A stretch of DNA of 64,000 nt from Caerostris darwini. Lineage: Eukaryota. The stretch lies in assembly GCA_021605075.1 (NCBI GenBank), contig BPLQ01015363.1, positions 899,513 through 963,512 on the forward strand. The letters are read 5' to 3'. Under the pieces are notes generated by a model, which searched no databases, was not told the origin of the DNA, and worked only from the letters and a program-made list of their open reading frames with translations. Positions 1-13,296 of this stretch are shown one piece after another. How positions within the stretch are numbered: the first letter of the stretch is position 1; each line of letters starts with the position of its first letter. The position numbers and the translations under genes were made by a program.

Positions 1-132
1 TTATTCATGGATCTACTTTTTTTATGTCATTATATAATTAAAACTTCTTACACTGAGTTAACAACAGCAAAATAAATAAATAATATAATGAATGAATAAA
101 ATGATTTTTAATGTATACAATTTTCTTATGTG

Positions 133-138
<6 letters not shown>

Positions 139-166
<28 letters not shown>
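139..166. repeat. (TTA)n microsatellite
   Basis: ttattattattattattattattatt. Confidence 0.9.
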
Positions 167-371
167 TAAATCCATGAATATGAAACATTTCACATTGATG
201 AAAATTCTTTAAATTGTCAAAATTCTGTTCTATAAATTTTGCTTAAAGCACTCTTTTAATGTCTTAAAGATATCAATGCATTTTTCTTCAAATAATTGAT
301 TATTTTTTTAAATACTGTAAGCTAAGTATTTTATATAAAATCCTTTTCTTTTCTACTGAATATTTCTTAAG

Positions 372-529
372 ATATCCAGAAACAGCTGAAGCTTTCAGAA
401 AAAGTAGATTGCCTGGGATTTGGGATTCTAGAAGAGTTGGAGAACGAATGAAATTGCCTATACCTGAAACATGGGAAACACAGATATCATCTCAAGGAAA
501 CAAACCTGAAGTTTGGGAAAAATTGATAG
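372..529 (+). CDS. TEP1: TEP1-like exon (TROVE domain part; ...NKPEVWEKLI)
   Basis: Acceptor cttaag|A, donor ATAG|gtagaa. Joins in phase to next exon giving EVWEKLIDNGKLPYMAMLRNL, matching Ro60 '[23 protein letters not shown]'. Confidence 0.5.
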
Positions 530-1994
530 GTAGAATCATTTATGTTATGACCTAAATGCAAATTTATATCAAATTTCTGCGAAGTTCCTACTCATAAAGG
601 AAACTAAACAAATATTTTTTCTTACAAAAGTAAAATTAGGGCTTATAACAAATTCTTAAATTTCAGTTATTTCATCTAATATTTGAAATCAATTGAAAAT
701 TCTGAGAAATTTGTTTTATAGTCCATTTTTTTCAACTGTTATTCATGATATGAATTATAAACAAAAAGTAAAACTATGAATAAATAAATAACTGTTCATA
801 TGTATAGAATTAGGTTTTGTTGGCTAACTGAGCTTATTTGTTTATATGTATTTTTTTATTTCTAGAATTTATGATTCATATTTTCAGTTGGTGTACAAGG
901 TACTTCAATGAAGTGTTTCTTCTGAAATCTTTATTTATTTATTTTGCTAATTTAAACATTTCTTAATAAATATTAATTTTAAAACATAATAGCTAATTAG
1001 TTTATTTAGGTTAGTTTGATTTCAGGAGATGGAAATAAAATTTCTCCTCTCATTCCTATATTAAACATTTGTTATTATTATAACATTTGTAATTATTAAA
1101 TATTAAATTGTTTTATTATATTATCATTTATTATATTCCTTTTTTAGTAATAATGTTTTTAAAATTAATAATATTCTTATCCATTAATATCCTAAATTAT
1201 ATTTTTTCATTGGGAAAAAATTAAAAAAAAATATATATTAATTACATAGCATTAATAGAATATAATAGAAGCTATCAACGTCTTGTTACTCGGTGTATAA
1301 TTTATCACTGCTTTAAAAACCATATTTTAACCTTTTCTACAAGTGTTTTTCTGACATAATAAAATCAATAAAAACAAGAAATAATGTCGATTATTAAAAT
1401 AATTTATTTTGGAAAAATTTCTGTTTTTGCATTTCTATTATTTAAAACAAATATTTTTAATATTTTGGTAAGAAAAAGCCAGAGTATAAACTTTTACACT
1501 TATGAAATTATTTAGTGTTCTACTGAATATTGTAATTTCAATACTAATATTTATCTTAAATTTGTGACATTTTTCTGAAATTGATAATTTATTAGTGAAT
1601 GAATTGTGAATTTTTAATAAGTTTTTTTTAATGACTTTATTTTGGTTTTCATTTATTATTTATTATCAATATGTATAAATTTATTGTATTTTATAATATG
1701 AAAAAGAAAAAATCAGAATTCTTGTGTTATTGGAATTTTGATTAGCATCCAGTGCATTACAGCATACACCAGCATATTACAATAAAATTCAAATTAAATT
1801 TTTTGTTATTATTAAATTCATTATTATGAATTATTATTATTATTAAATTATTTTTTTGTTATTAAAAACTATTAATTTATACTTATTCTCTCACATAGGT
1901 TATTTTTGAAGTAATTTTTAAAGTTATATTAAATAAGATACACTTTCATGGAGTATTTTACCTACATTTTTTTTAAATGTATATATATATATAT

Positions 1995-2227
1995 GGGTCT
2001 GATGGCCGAGTGGCTAGCGCTCGGTGCCATGGATGTTTGCAGTTGTTCGCAATCCACTTCAGATCCCATTCTAATATCGTAGAGCGTTGTGGGGGTAGTG
2101 TTACTCGCGTCTGTAGCATATCTTCACGCTACACGTGCTCTCTGGGTAATTCTAAATTAGCAATAGCGGTGCAGCCCTTGCTTATGGCATAATGACAACT
2201 GTGTTTGTATTGCCAGCTGCATTAGAA
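1995..2227 (+). mobile_element. tRNA-headed SINE copy (family A), flanked on both sides by (TA)n
   Basis: Head GGTCTGATGGCCGAGTGGCTAGCGCTC (tRNA A-box-like), body TGTTTGCAGTTGTTCGCAATCCACTT..., tail ...GCCAGCTGCATTAGAA, shared with copies at 29964-30262 and 58230-58414. Confidence 0.75.
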
Positions 2228-2348
2228 TTTATATATATATATATATGAACAAACATCATCTTCTACATGTTTTTTTGTTTTGTTTTTTTGTTAAAACTTT
2301 TCATTATGATTTATTTAATCAATTGTATGATTTTCTGTCTTAACTTAG

Positions 2349-2458
2349 ATAATGGCAAACTTCCATACATGGCGATGTTGCGCAATCTGAAGAATTTAAT
2401 ATTATCAGGAATATCTCAAAAACATCATGATAAAATACTGAAGCAACTTCAAAATAAA
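2349..2458 (+). CDS. TEP1: TEP1-like exon (TROVE; LPYMAMLRNLKNL)
   Basis: Acceptor ttag|AT, donor AAA|gttagt. Conserved TROVE ALLRNL motif; ORF track 2267..2494. Confidence 0.7.
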
Positions 2459-3059
2459 GTTAGTCAAACATATTTTCTTGTTCTTATTTCATAACATCGG
2501 AATTTTTAGTATTTAAAATTTGTTTCAACAATTAGTGATCAATTTACCTTATTTAAAAAGAGCTCAATTTTTACTTTTATTCATTTTTACGTTTTATTTT
2601 AGGAAGAATTAATATCAAAATTAAAAAATTATAAGATATACAGAGAAGCTAACTGAAGGAAAAATTTTAAGCTATTTCCATTAATTGTGTACAACTTTCT
2701 AGGAAAATTGCTTGATTGCTAATAGCTTTTTCCTAAAGTAAATACTCATATTTAAAATCTTACTATCTGAACACACACAAAAAAGTATTTCCTCATTAGA
2801 TTAATTAATTAAAAAATGTATAGTACTATATTTGTTTAAAGCAAGAACATTTATAATTATCCGTTGTGTGGATCATTTTAAAATACCTAGTACTATTTTA
2901 CTGAATTTTACTATTTTAAATGGGATTTTTTTTGTGTAACAGAAAATAAAAATAATAGGTATCTTCTTTTTTTTCCAAAACAAAAGCTTTTATCAATTAC
3001 TAGCTAAATATTGTTATCTTAAGTCAGCAAACATGTTATAGAAAGCCATTATTTTTTTT

Positions 3060-3500
3060 TATACAAAGTGATCGAAAAGTCACACAATGCACATTGCCAA
3101 ACGTTTTGCAGATTCCAAAATATACATTACTGGGAAATTGTTTCAATAAATGGCATCACTACCATGTTATAAGTAATATCTTACTTGAAATTTTTGTGCT
3201 GTTAGCTTCAAAAGCTGTTTATTTGGTACCTGATCAAGATGAGTTTTTACTGGAGCAAAATATTTTACAATTGACATCACTACAAAATGCATTTTTTTCC
3301 ATAGAAATTGTTGATACATTTAAAGAGATCTTTCTAAATGTTCAAAAAATGGACATGGCATTAGTATTTAGATTTGTTTGTGTCCATCCACTTGATCATT
3401 TTAAGCAGTCATGCTATTGGCACAGAGTCTCTTGCACCAATGAACTAGAAAAACTGGATTCTGTATGTTTTACAGAAGAAGATTATTTTACGTAAGGAAA
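3060..3500 (+). mobile_element. Possible mariner transposase C-terminal fragment
   Basis: ORF 3094..3495 ends ...HFKQSCYWHRVSCTNELEKLDSVCFTEEDYF, resembling the mariner C-terminus (FYWRGIHKLPERWEKCVASDGKYFE). No TIRs identified. Confidence 0.3.
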
Positions 3501-3735
3501 TAATGTCAACAGCTAAGCACATGAATATGGAACACAGAAAATATGCATATGTTCACGAGAGCTCTCTACGTTCCTCTAAAATTGAAGTCTGATGCACTTT
3601 GTCCTGCTGTTGGATAGTAATCTCATTTCTTTTAATCAGTCAGTTTATGGAACTGTGTATACTGACATCGTTATTGCTTAACTTAAAGAAGATGAGTGCT
3701 TTTGCTGGTTTTAGCTGGATGAAATAACTTATATA

Positions 3736-5282
3736 CACTGGTGTGCAAAACTTAAGCAACAGGTGGGTTTTTTTCCATAACTCCACGAGAAATCATCTGA
3801 GAGACATGACATTCAGAAATGAGGGAGAGTATTGTGTACGTAAAGGATGACGAAAGCATCGGCGCTGAAAGAGGAATACAATGCATACGGTATGGAATCG
3901 AACAAAAACAAGCTTTATTGAACGCATAGTATCGATGTATGATTGTCTATCCAAGAGGAAGAACAACAAGCAGATGTTCTTTAATATGGGATATGCCCTC
4001 CCCTCACTGCAATGGTTGCTTCGCACCGCCTCCGCATACTGAGAACTAGCTGGTGCAACATTTCTTGCGGTTGGAGTGCCCATTCCTCAATCAGCATCGG
4101 TTTGAGTTGTTGGGTGTTCTCCGGAGGATGTAAGCGTGTTGCAATGCGTCTCCCCAAAGCATCCCACACATGTTCGATGGGATTTAAATCTGGGGAGTAC
4201 GCTGGCCAATCCATTCGAGTGATATCTTCGCTTTCCAGTAGCTCCTCAACAGCAAGAGTCGGATGTGGCCGTGCATTGTCATCCATAAAAATGAAGTCTG
4301 GGCCAATGGCACCTCGGAACAGACGCACATGGAGAAGGAGTACCTCCTCACAATAGCGATCCCCGGTTACAGACCCTCTGTCGAAAACGTGGAGCTCAGT
4401 TCGCCGTTCAGCAAAATGCCTCACCAGACAAGAACTCCAAAACCACCATAACGGTGTCTTTCCTTGAGGTTACTAGGATAAAACCGGGTCTCGACCTCTC
4501 TCCAAATCAAAACGCGTCGAGAATCGCTTCTGGTACAGAACCGACTCTCATCCGTAAAGAGGACACGACTCCATTGATCAGTTGTCCAATTTTTGTGCTC
4601 TCTGCACCACTGTAAACGGTGGCGTCGATAGCCAGCTTTCAACGGGAGGCAGCGTTCAGGACGGCGGGCCAATAGGCCCACTTTGTGAAGGCGTCTGGAA
4701 ACAGTAAACCGCGACACTTGTCGCCCCGTTGCTGTACAGAGTTGCTGAGCAATGGCGCTTGCTGACTGCTGTCGGCCTCTTTTCGCCTGCAGGACGGTAT
4801 ATCGTCCATCCCCTGCAGTTGTCTTCCTCTGGCAGCCACCACCAACCTTTCTAACAGCTGTACCTGTGGTTTGGAACGCTTTCCAAGCGCACGAAACGAC
4901 ACTTTTGTTGATTCCGAACTCTGCAGCTACACTGGTGACAGTACGCCCCTCCTCCAGCTTTCCGATCATTCTTCCACGTGTGAAGTCGTCCAGGTGATTT
5001 CTTTTAGCCATATTTCACGAACTGACTCACTGGCACTTGCAGCGAATATGTTGAATTGCGCCTCCGTCCTTCCTTTTATTCTACTGTTGAGCTGCGCGCT
5101 CCGACATCACGCGTTTTGCGTACGCTCACGTCGCCTCCGACGTTTCGTTCCTAATATTTGCATACGCATGACGTTTATACTGACTTACGTGTTCATTGTA
5201 CTGATCTCCAGACCTCCTTTTCTGCAATTTCATGGCTATCTGCTAAATTTTTACATTGTTGCTTAAGTTTTGCACACCAGTG
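3736..5282 (-). mobile_element. Tc1-like DNA transposon (about 1.55 kb) with 27-bp TIRs CACTGGTGTGCAAAACTTAAGCAAC, TA TSD; frameshifted transposase
   Basis: TIR at 3736-3762 and its reverse complement at 5256-5282, flanked by TA. Transposase split over ORFs 4421..5011 and 3981..4424 (HTH ...DDNARPH...PDLNPIEHVWD). Confidence 0.85.
3981..5011 (-). pseudogene. Tc1 transposase, one frameshift (two ORFs 4421..5011 and 3981..4424)
   Basis: DD34E-type motifs FTDESRF, FMDDNARPH, YSPDLNPIEHVWD split across two frames. Confidence 0.8.
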
Positions 5283-6118
5283 TATTTAATGAGACAATGC
5301 CATTTCTCACAGGCTTTTTTTGCTAACCACCTCATTTGAAAGGATTCTGGCCTCCATTGAGAAGGTCTCTTGGTATTCCTATTTATTACCCCTGAATTTT
5401 TTTAATGGGATCACTTAAAAGCACACTTTTATACGAGTAAACCACGTTACTTTAATGAACTCAAAGCACTCATTTAAAATAATTCGTACATTAGAAACAT
5501 TGACTCAAATTTGAAAACATACATTCGTACATGTATACTAGAAAAAAAGTCTTCTTTTTGAAAATGTATTGTGAGGATGTTAATTAATTATTAACTCTGA
5601 TACTGTTCAAGATAGACCTTTCTGTAGTAAATGCAAAGATAAAAATTCGTTTAAGTTTTTATCAGAAGTTATTAAATGAATATCTTTTTTCCGGTTAACA
5701 CTATCTTATATTTATAACATAATTTTTTTAACCCCCTTTAAAACCAAAAGAAAAAAATCGCCCACGTATTATATTCTGTTGTGTGTTATACAAGTTCTTT
5801 TATTTTTTCAAGTCAAAAATTATGACTTGGATATTTTAAACAGAAAATTAAGATTTTTTTTCTCTCTTTAGAAATCGAAATTTTATATTCGGGACAGTAT
5901 GTGTACAACAAATTTTTTATGATCTAGTAAGTAGGTTTTAGCATAGAAAGTAGCTAAACATCTCCTGTTGATTTTGGACCATCTTGTGTGTTAAATTAAA
6001 ATATTTTTTGTCGTTTGAAAAATAATTCTTAATTTTCATAAAGATTTTTTTACTTCTTAATAATAGGGACATGGACTTTATTGTTTCACATAAATTATTT
6101 TTACTTTAAAAAAAATAG

Positions 6119-6279
6119 ATCGCAGTTGTAAACAGCCGGCAGACTCCCCTTCAGTTCTATGAAGCATTCAAAGCTCTTATTGACATGGAAGATGCTTTCT
6201 ATTCAAGAAATGTTTATGCAAATGAAACTTTTAAGGGAAAACCATGGCAAAAAAACAGAAAGATTAAATTTAAGGAAAG
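6119..6279 (+). CDS. TEP1: TEP1-like exon (TROVE; IAVVNSRQTPLQFYEAFKAL...KGKPWQKN)
   Basis: tag|ATCGCA acceptor, AAAG|gtaaca donor; phase 0 in. Resembles Ro60 HPFHILIALETY..RGKLKWRPD region. Confidence 0.6.
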
Positions 6280-6545
6280 GTAACAAATTTGTTTATATAT
6301 TTGTTTAAGTGTTTGCATGCGTTAGTTCGGCGTAGTGTTAATTTCATGTCATTGAACTTTCATAAAATTTTAAAATATGACTTTACTAAAGACAGGCAGA
6401 TTATATAAAAGTGACATCTTGAATTATGCGTTTCATTATTAGAAGTCTTACATAGTTGAATTTGTGCTGCATAAGGGATTTAATTATCATATTAAAATGT
6501 ATTTAGGAGATGTTTAGTTATTGAATTTGTCACTGAAAAAGTCTA

Positions 6546-7943
6546 CACTACTGGCCATTAAAATTGCTACACCAGGAAGAAATGCAGATAAAATGATATT
6601 TATTGGACAAATATATTATACTGGAAATAACAAGTGATTAAATTTTCAAGAAATTTGTATGCATATATCCTGAGAAATCAGTATCCATAACAACCACCTC
6701 TGTCAGTAATAGCAGCACTTATACACTTGGGCATTGAGGCAAACAGAGATTGGATGACATGTACAGGTAGAAATACCCATCAGCTTCAACACCATGCCAC
6801 AGCTCATTAACCATAGTGATTGGCGTATGGTGACGAACCAGTCGCTCAGCAACCATGGATCAGACGTTTTCTATTGGCGAGAGATCTGGTGAATGTGTAG
6901 GCCAGGGCAACAACCGAACATTTTTCCGTATCAAGGAAGATCCGTACAATACCTGCCACATGCGATCGTGCATTATCCTGCTGAAACATAGGGTTTCACA
7001 GGGCTCGAATAAAGGGTAAAGCCACGGGTCGTAACACACCAGATATGTAACGTGCACTGTTCAAAGTATCGTCAATGAGAACAAGAGGTACACCGAGACA
7101 ATAGTATCCAATAGCACCCCATACCATCACGCCAGGTGATGGGCCAGTATAACGATGACGAATGCACGCTGCCAATGTGCGTTCACTACGATGCCGCCAA
7201 ACACGGTTGCGACCATTTTGATGCTGTAAACAGAAACTGAATTTATTTGAAAAAATGACGTCTCGCCAGTCGTGCGCCCAGGTTCGTCGTTGATCACATT
7301 GAAGACGCTGCTGTCTGTGATGCTGCGTCAAGGGTCCACAGCCATGGTCTCCGAGCTGGGAGTCCATGCTGCTGCAAACGTCGTCGAACTATTCGTGCTG
7401 ACACTTGTTGTCTTAACGACCCCAATTCTTGACTCAGGGCTCGTGACGGGGCTGCAAGATCCATTAAGGCCGTGCGGGTAACATGCCTGTCTTCTCGGCT
7501 GCTAGTGGTAGGGGGCCGCTGAGATCCAACACGACGTTCCGTATTACCGTCCTGAATCCATCGATTCCATATTCTGCTAACAGTCATTGGATCTCGACCG
7601 TAGCGAGCAGCAGTACTGCGATACGATAAATGCAATCGCGGTATGCTACAATTCGACCTTTATCAAAGTCAGAAACGTGCTGGTACGCATTTCTGCTTCT
7701 AACAAGAGGCATCACAACAACTTTTCAGCAGACAACAACGTTCAAATGCAATCTGTGTATGAGAAACAGGCTAAACAATTTTCTCATTTAAACACATTGT
7801 AGGTGTCGCTACCGGCGCCTGCTTTGTCTGAATGCGCTGAAAAGCTAATCATTTGCATATCACAGCACCTTCTTCCTGTTGTTTAAATTTCACGTCTGTA
7901 GCATGTCGTCTTCTTGGTGTAGCAATTTTTATGGTGAGTAGTG
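6546..7943 (-). mobile_element. Degraded Tc1-like transposon (about 1.4 kb), TIR CACTACTGGCCATTAAAATTGCTACACCA, TA TSD
   Basis: Imperfect TIRs at 6546-6580 and 7910-7943. Multiple frameshifted minus-strand ORFs (7294..7635 HTH region, 6996..7367, 6860..7057 with PTHSPDLSPIENV). Confidence 0.75.
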
Positions 7944-8412
7944 TAATTCTTGTTTAATTTTTTAAAAATGTTGAAATATTAATATACGTATAAAAAAATT
8001 GATACTACCTCAAACTGCTAACTTTTCATTGTGGTAACTGTAATTTTTTTTACACTGAAACGACTAACTCTTCAGAGTACCAAACTGTGACGTTTCAACA
8101 GGAGATCATGAGATACTGAAGATCCCCTGTGATTCATCGAGATGTTTCATGGTGACAGAACACTTTCAATCGAATATATAGCATGTCTCCTTCTATCAAT
8201 ACAGTGAGATTTATAAAGAATGACTGTAGTATACATAGTGTTTATGCGACACATAACTACATTCTTAATAATTAATTAATGCTTTTAACTATTATAAATG
8301 TAAATTAAGAAAAATTAACTTATTGTGGAAGAAACTAGCCTGAATGCTAATATATTATAATACCTAAAAAAATCGTAATGTTAAAATTTTAATATGATGT
8401 TTTCATTTTTAG

Positions 8413-8575
8413 CGTTCAGAAAATTTCTATCTCTCTTGTGGGAAACTACCAGAAAGCTGTGAGTAATGCTCTTGAGATATCTGCACTTCATAATTTGCAA
8501 CCTATTCCAGGAAAAACTTTAGTTATCTGTGATATTTTGCTTCCACCATCTTTTATTGAGAGTAAGCAAAAAAAG
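8413..8575 (+). CDS. TEP1: TEP1-like exon (TROVE vWA-like part; IPGKTLVICDIL)
   Basis: ttttag|CG acceptor, AAAAAG|gtgaga donor (alternative GAGAG|gtaagc). Resembles Ro60 PTGKRFLLAVDVS. Confidence 0.6.
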
Positions 8576-10124
8576 GTGAGAAGCTGTAAATAGAAAAAAT
8601 AATTTCACATTTTTACAATCTTTTACCAGATGTTCCTTTACATGTATTTTTTTTTTCTTTTAGTATTGTTAAATTTGTAAACTTGAACAAGAAAAAAAAA
8701 CCTTTGCTTATATGTAATATTTCAAAGAACAATAGAAAATATTTATTTTATTATTAAATAATTAAACATCAGTCAAGAAAATAATTATAATATTATATGT
8801 AGATTCTAAAAATACATTTTGCTAAAAAAAATTATCAAAAATAAATCTACTTTAAAATTTCTAATTATTTTCCCATCATTTAGATATGTAGTTAATTTTA
8901 TTTATGATTATTATGATATTTATGCAGTATAATGTAATTATCTGTTACCATGTTAACTTTTTTGTAAAGCTACAAATATGCAACAAGGAAAAAGAAATTG
9001 TTGCTTTTGTATACCAAGGAAAAATATTTAATGCTGGTATATATAAATTTGGTAATGATATTACAAGAAATAAGGTGATACTTGCCTGTTTAGTTAATAA
9101 TATGAAGGATTTTTTTGTTTCATATTTGGAGATATTTATTGTATAAATTGAGTAATTAATAACTATATAATTAGTGCTTATAATTCATCATTATTAGAGA
9201 TATCTAATGACACTTTTTTCAATAAAATGTTCCAAAAGCAAATTAATTTTCCTTTCTATTGATGTCTTGCATTTAGAAATTTAAATTTTCATAACAAGGA
9301 TTTAATAAAATAAATTTTAAAGGAAATATTTATGTTTAAGGAGATTATTTCTAAAAACATTTACATTTAGGTGCATAGTATATTTATGAACATCTATAAC
9401 ATTATCTCATAGGTTGATTTTCAATTTTATTCTAGTTGTACCAATTAAGTATAATGATGGGATTGATGTGTTTAAAAGCCTGTGAAGATTGCAAAATGAA
9501 TTTAATTTGTGGTGATTTCTCAGAAACAATTTTTATAAAGGAAGATATTCCTTTTTTTCAATCTATGAAGGATGTATGTTCAGAGCATGAAGTAAGTTTT
9601 AAAATGCTGTTTCTGTAGATTGTTGAACTACTTATTGCTATTTTTTTTTTAATTGGGCAATTTAATTTATTTTTCAGTGTTATATGTTAATATAATTTTC
9701 TGTAGCAGTTTCAATTTAACTTATATTAAAAAGAATTTCTATTTAAATGCATTTCTAAAATTCCTAATTCAAGCTCTTATTTAAAATTTCTAAATGTTGT
9801 TAGTAAAATTAGAATCATATTTTTTTTCTAAATGTTGCATTCATTAATATTAAAAAAAATTTGCCTTGAGCTCATAAAAAATTTAATTCTAAACATTTTT
9901 GTTGCTTATCAATAATCTCAAAGTAGATTTTTATGAAACCAATGAAATAAATGTCCGTATTCTGTATCCTTCAAAATTAATCATATTAATTTTTTATTTC
10001 AACCTTTTTTCATCTTCTGATTAACAAATTACTTGGGTAGGCCTCATTTTATGGTTTCTATTGGTTTCTCTACTAAATATACATCAAGGATAAGTTATGT
10101 AGAATTGTGAAACATCAAAGAATA

Positions 10125-11233
10125 CACTTAAGAGCCAAAACATTATGACCACCTGTCAATAACGAGTTGGCCCAACTTTGGCGCGCAACACAGTTTCCAC
10201 CCGCCTTGGCATGGATGCCACAAGTCCTTGGTAGATGGCCGGAGACAGATTGTACCAGATGTTTAAGCAACGGTCACTCAAATCCGAGATATTGCGAATT
10301 GGTGGTCTTTGAACTCTGAGCTGCCGTCCCAGGACATCCCAAATGTGTTCTATCGGATTGCGATCCGGTGAGTTAGACGGCCAGGACATTTACTGGAATT
10401 CAGCATCATGTTCCTGGAACCACTCCAACACAATTTTAGCCTTGTGACAAGGGGCGTTGTCCTGTTGTAACATTCCATTTCCAGCTGGAAAAACAGAGGC
10501 CATGTAAGGGTGCAACTGGTCCGCAATGATGTTCAGATACCCTGTAGCATTCATGGTCTGCTCTACCACAACCACGGATCCCAGAGACGCCCAAGAGAAC
10601 GTCCCCCAAAGCATAATACCGCCACCACCGGCCTGTGTATGACCTACTGTACATTGAGGGAGCAATTGTTCGCCTGGAAGACGGCGTATCCTGACACGGC
10701 CATCGGCGTGATGAATGACAAACCGTGATTCATCATTTGCTGCGTAGCCCCATATCCAACAGTGTCCTCTGAACAGTGTGCTCCAATACTATTCTACTTG
10801 GCCCTGCATTGTATTGGGCTGTCAGCTGAGCCACTGTCTGGCTCCGGCTTTGCTTCACCATGCGAGACAGTCTCCGACGACCTTTTTCTTTGATAGCGTG
10901 AGGATGTCCAACACCATGTCGTCTACTGCTGGTTTCACCGTCATTCATCCACTTTGCATAAGTACTAACAACTGTAGATCGCGAACAACCCACGAGTCGT
11001 GCAGTTTCGGAAATACTTGTTCCGAGCCTTCGAGCCCTTACAATCTGCCCTCTATCAAAGTCGCTTAGATCCGCAGCCTTTCCGATCACACACAGAAGTA
11101 AGTGAAAGAATGATTCTTCAGACTCTCCAGCAGCAATTAAATACCACTTCCACCTGATCACGTGCCTTCCACGTCATCCAGGCGAGTTCATTGCAAAATG
11201 TAGGGGTGGTCATAATGTTTTGGCTCTTGAGTG
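10125..11233 (-). mobile_element. Internally deleted Tc1-like transposon (about 1.1 kb), TIR CACTTAAGAGCCAAAACATTATGACCACC, TA TSD
   Basis: TIRs at 10125-10153 and 11205-11233 with 1 mismatch. ORFs 10733..11161 (HTH), 10390..10665 (MLWG..QQDNAPCHKAK) and 10156..10389 (SPDRNPIEHIWD) in three frames. Confidence 0.85.
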
Positions 11234-11892
11234 TAAAATGATTCTCCACTGATCTCTGGTTCAAACTTGATGCACTCTTTAGAATGTTAAATAGTCTTTA
11301 CTGTGTACAAAAGAGAGTGGAGTCTTATATTTACCATAATAGAGAGATATTTTCCTTCTAGATTGTAACATTTATATATGGTGCCAGTCATTTAAAAATA
11401 ACATGTCTATGTGATTATGCCATTAGCTTAGCTTTTGTAAGAAAATATGATAGAAATTATTTCTGTTTTGATTGTATTAGTTTTAAATTTACTATAAAAA
11501 TAAACAATATTATAGCCTTTAAAAAATGCATAAAAGTTGTAATGGAAAGTTATTGAAAAGTCTTTAATAAGAAAAATTGCTGTATTTAGTAAATTTATAT
11601 TATTAAACATCTGAAATCGTTTATTCTGTACCCATGCATTTACCTTATAGAATTTACTTAAACTAAATAACAGTGGGTCATATTGGTTAGTTAATTTTAA
11701 AAAAAGCAAAAAAAAAAATTTTTTTTAATTGTTATAATTAGAATCGCATATAAAAAAAATTACTTTTTAAAATAAACATGTATTTTATTTTTCAATCAAA
11801 AATTTTTCACAATAATTGTTTTTTTTTTTTTTCATTATACCTCAACTTTTTGGTAATCATGAATGATTTAGAATTTTTATATTTTTTTTCAG

Positions 11893-11988
11893 AGATTACA
11901 TCAAAATGTAACATCTTTTCGTTCCAGTCGAGCTCTAAAGAAAATTTTTGAATTCTACCTGAAACAGCATGTAGTATTAAGAGAAAAA
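11893..11988 (+). CDS. TEP1: TEP1-like exon (RLHQNVTSFRSSRALKKIFEFYLKQHVVLREK)
   Basis: tttttttcag|AGATTA acceptor, AAA|gtaagt donor; open frame in phase with neighbours. Confidence 0.45.
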
Positions 11989-13256
11989 GTAAGTGATTTG
12001 TAAAAGCAATCTTTTTTTCTTAGACAATTTAGCTTTATATATATATATATTTACAAACTAAATATAAATTATAGGTTTTTGCATCTCCTAGTTCTTCAAT
12101 AAATACTTTTTACAAATTTTTTATGTCTGTAAATTTTATCATTGCATTTTAATATACACATGGGAACAACTTACTGGTCTCATGACAGAAAATTATTTTC
12201 TTATGAACCATAAATGAAGCCAATTTTATTAAATGAATTTTTTTGAATAGAAATTTAAATTAGAAGTGTTTTATTATTTTTTTATTGGTTTCCTCCCTCC
12301 CCCGCTAAAACGTTTATATTTTAAATAAAAATATATAGTTATATTTGTCTAAATAAAATATCTTTTGAAACATCCTTTACAGCCTTCTTTATATTAAAAA
12401 AAAAATTTAATTCAAATTTTTCAATCTTTATTACTATTACTTACCACTACATAGAGAATAGATAAATGTTTTTTCTTATTTATTTATTAAAGACTAATTC
12501 TAAACAAATATTTTTAAAATATGAAGTGATTTAATAAATAAGGGTAATTAAGATTTTGTGTCTTGTTTTCTTAAATGTGCCCTATATCTAAGAGCTACTT
12601 TACTATCCTTGCAGACAAAAATGTTAGCGAATGACGTATTTATGAAAATTTCGTAGTTGCTTTGTTTAAGAGTTTCAATAATGTCTTGATCATAATTAAT
12701 GTCTGAACCGTTAAATTATTTGCTGAATCATTTTCGGGTCTCAAAAACGATTCTTTGATAGCTCATTCACAGAAAAGAGCGGGTGTTGTTAAATGTATTG
12801 AAAAAAATTTTTGATGGAGCCTGACTGTGCTAGAAACTAATTTTTAATGTTTTTTGTTATTACGAAGTAAAATAAATAAACTTTTTAAAGTTGCAGAAAT
12901 ATTAACAAATCCTTGGGAAGAAATTCATGAATGATTACTTTAAGACTTAAGTTCAACAATATAAGAAAGTTAAATTATTTAAAGATCAAAGTTGGAGATC
13001 TTTTGTTTAGGAAAAGAGAACAATAATTTTTAGCCAAATATCCACAGTTTATATGCTAAAAAACTTCAAAATTTCGGTGTGTATTATAGACTGTTGCATA
13101 CAATCTGTGTACATTATTTTTAAGTTTTATAAAAATCAATTCTGTAAAACACTCCTCTAAAATCCTTTTTTTCCAGCCAGAGTTAACATATGAGAGAAAA
13201 CATAAAAAAAGTTATGTGTGTTATAATAAGTAAAAATAAGTTATGTGAGAGAAAAC

Positions 13257-13296
13257 ATAAAAAAAAAAAAAAAAAAAGAAAGAAAGAAAGAAACAT
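13257..13296. repeat. poly-A / (AAAG)n microsatellite
   Basis: aaaaaaaaaaaaaaaaaagaaagaaagaaagaaa. Confidence 0.85.

Noticed and set aside
1995-2070. tRNA-like sequences (TGGCCGAGTGG...GGTTCGAATCC) here and at 28975, 30190-30262, 30780-30845, 37940-38010 and 58235-58305 that could be mistaken for tRNA genes
   Set aside because: Acceptor stems do not pair. Each is followed by the same non-tRNA body and a simple-repeat or A-rich tail, and several have TSDs. These are SINE heads, not functional tRNA genes.
3094-3495. 133-aa ORF that initially looked like a host exon
   Set aside because: No splice context. The C-terminal residues resemble the end of mariner transposases, so it is more likely a TE fragment; kept as a low-confidence feature.
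4012-4356. Plus-strand ORFs overlapping Tc1 transposases (4012..4356, 4752..4997; also 40697..41077, 41114..41317, 60505..60708 and 60745..61125 antisense to the intact copies)
   Set aside because: Antisense shadow ORFs of the transposase coding regions, not independent genes.
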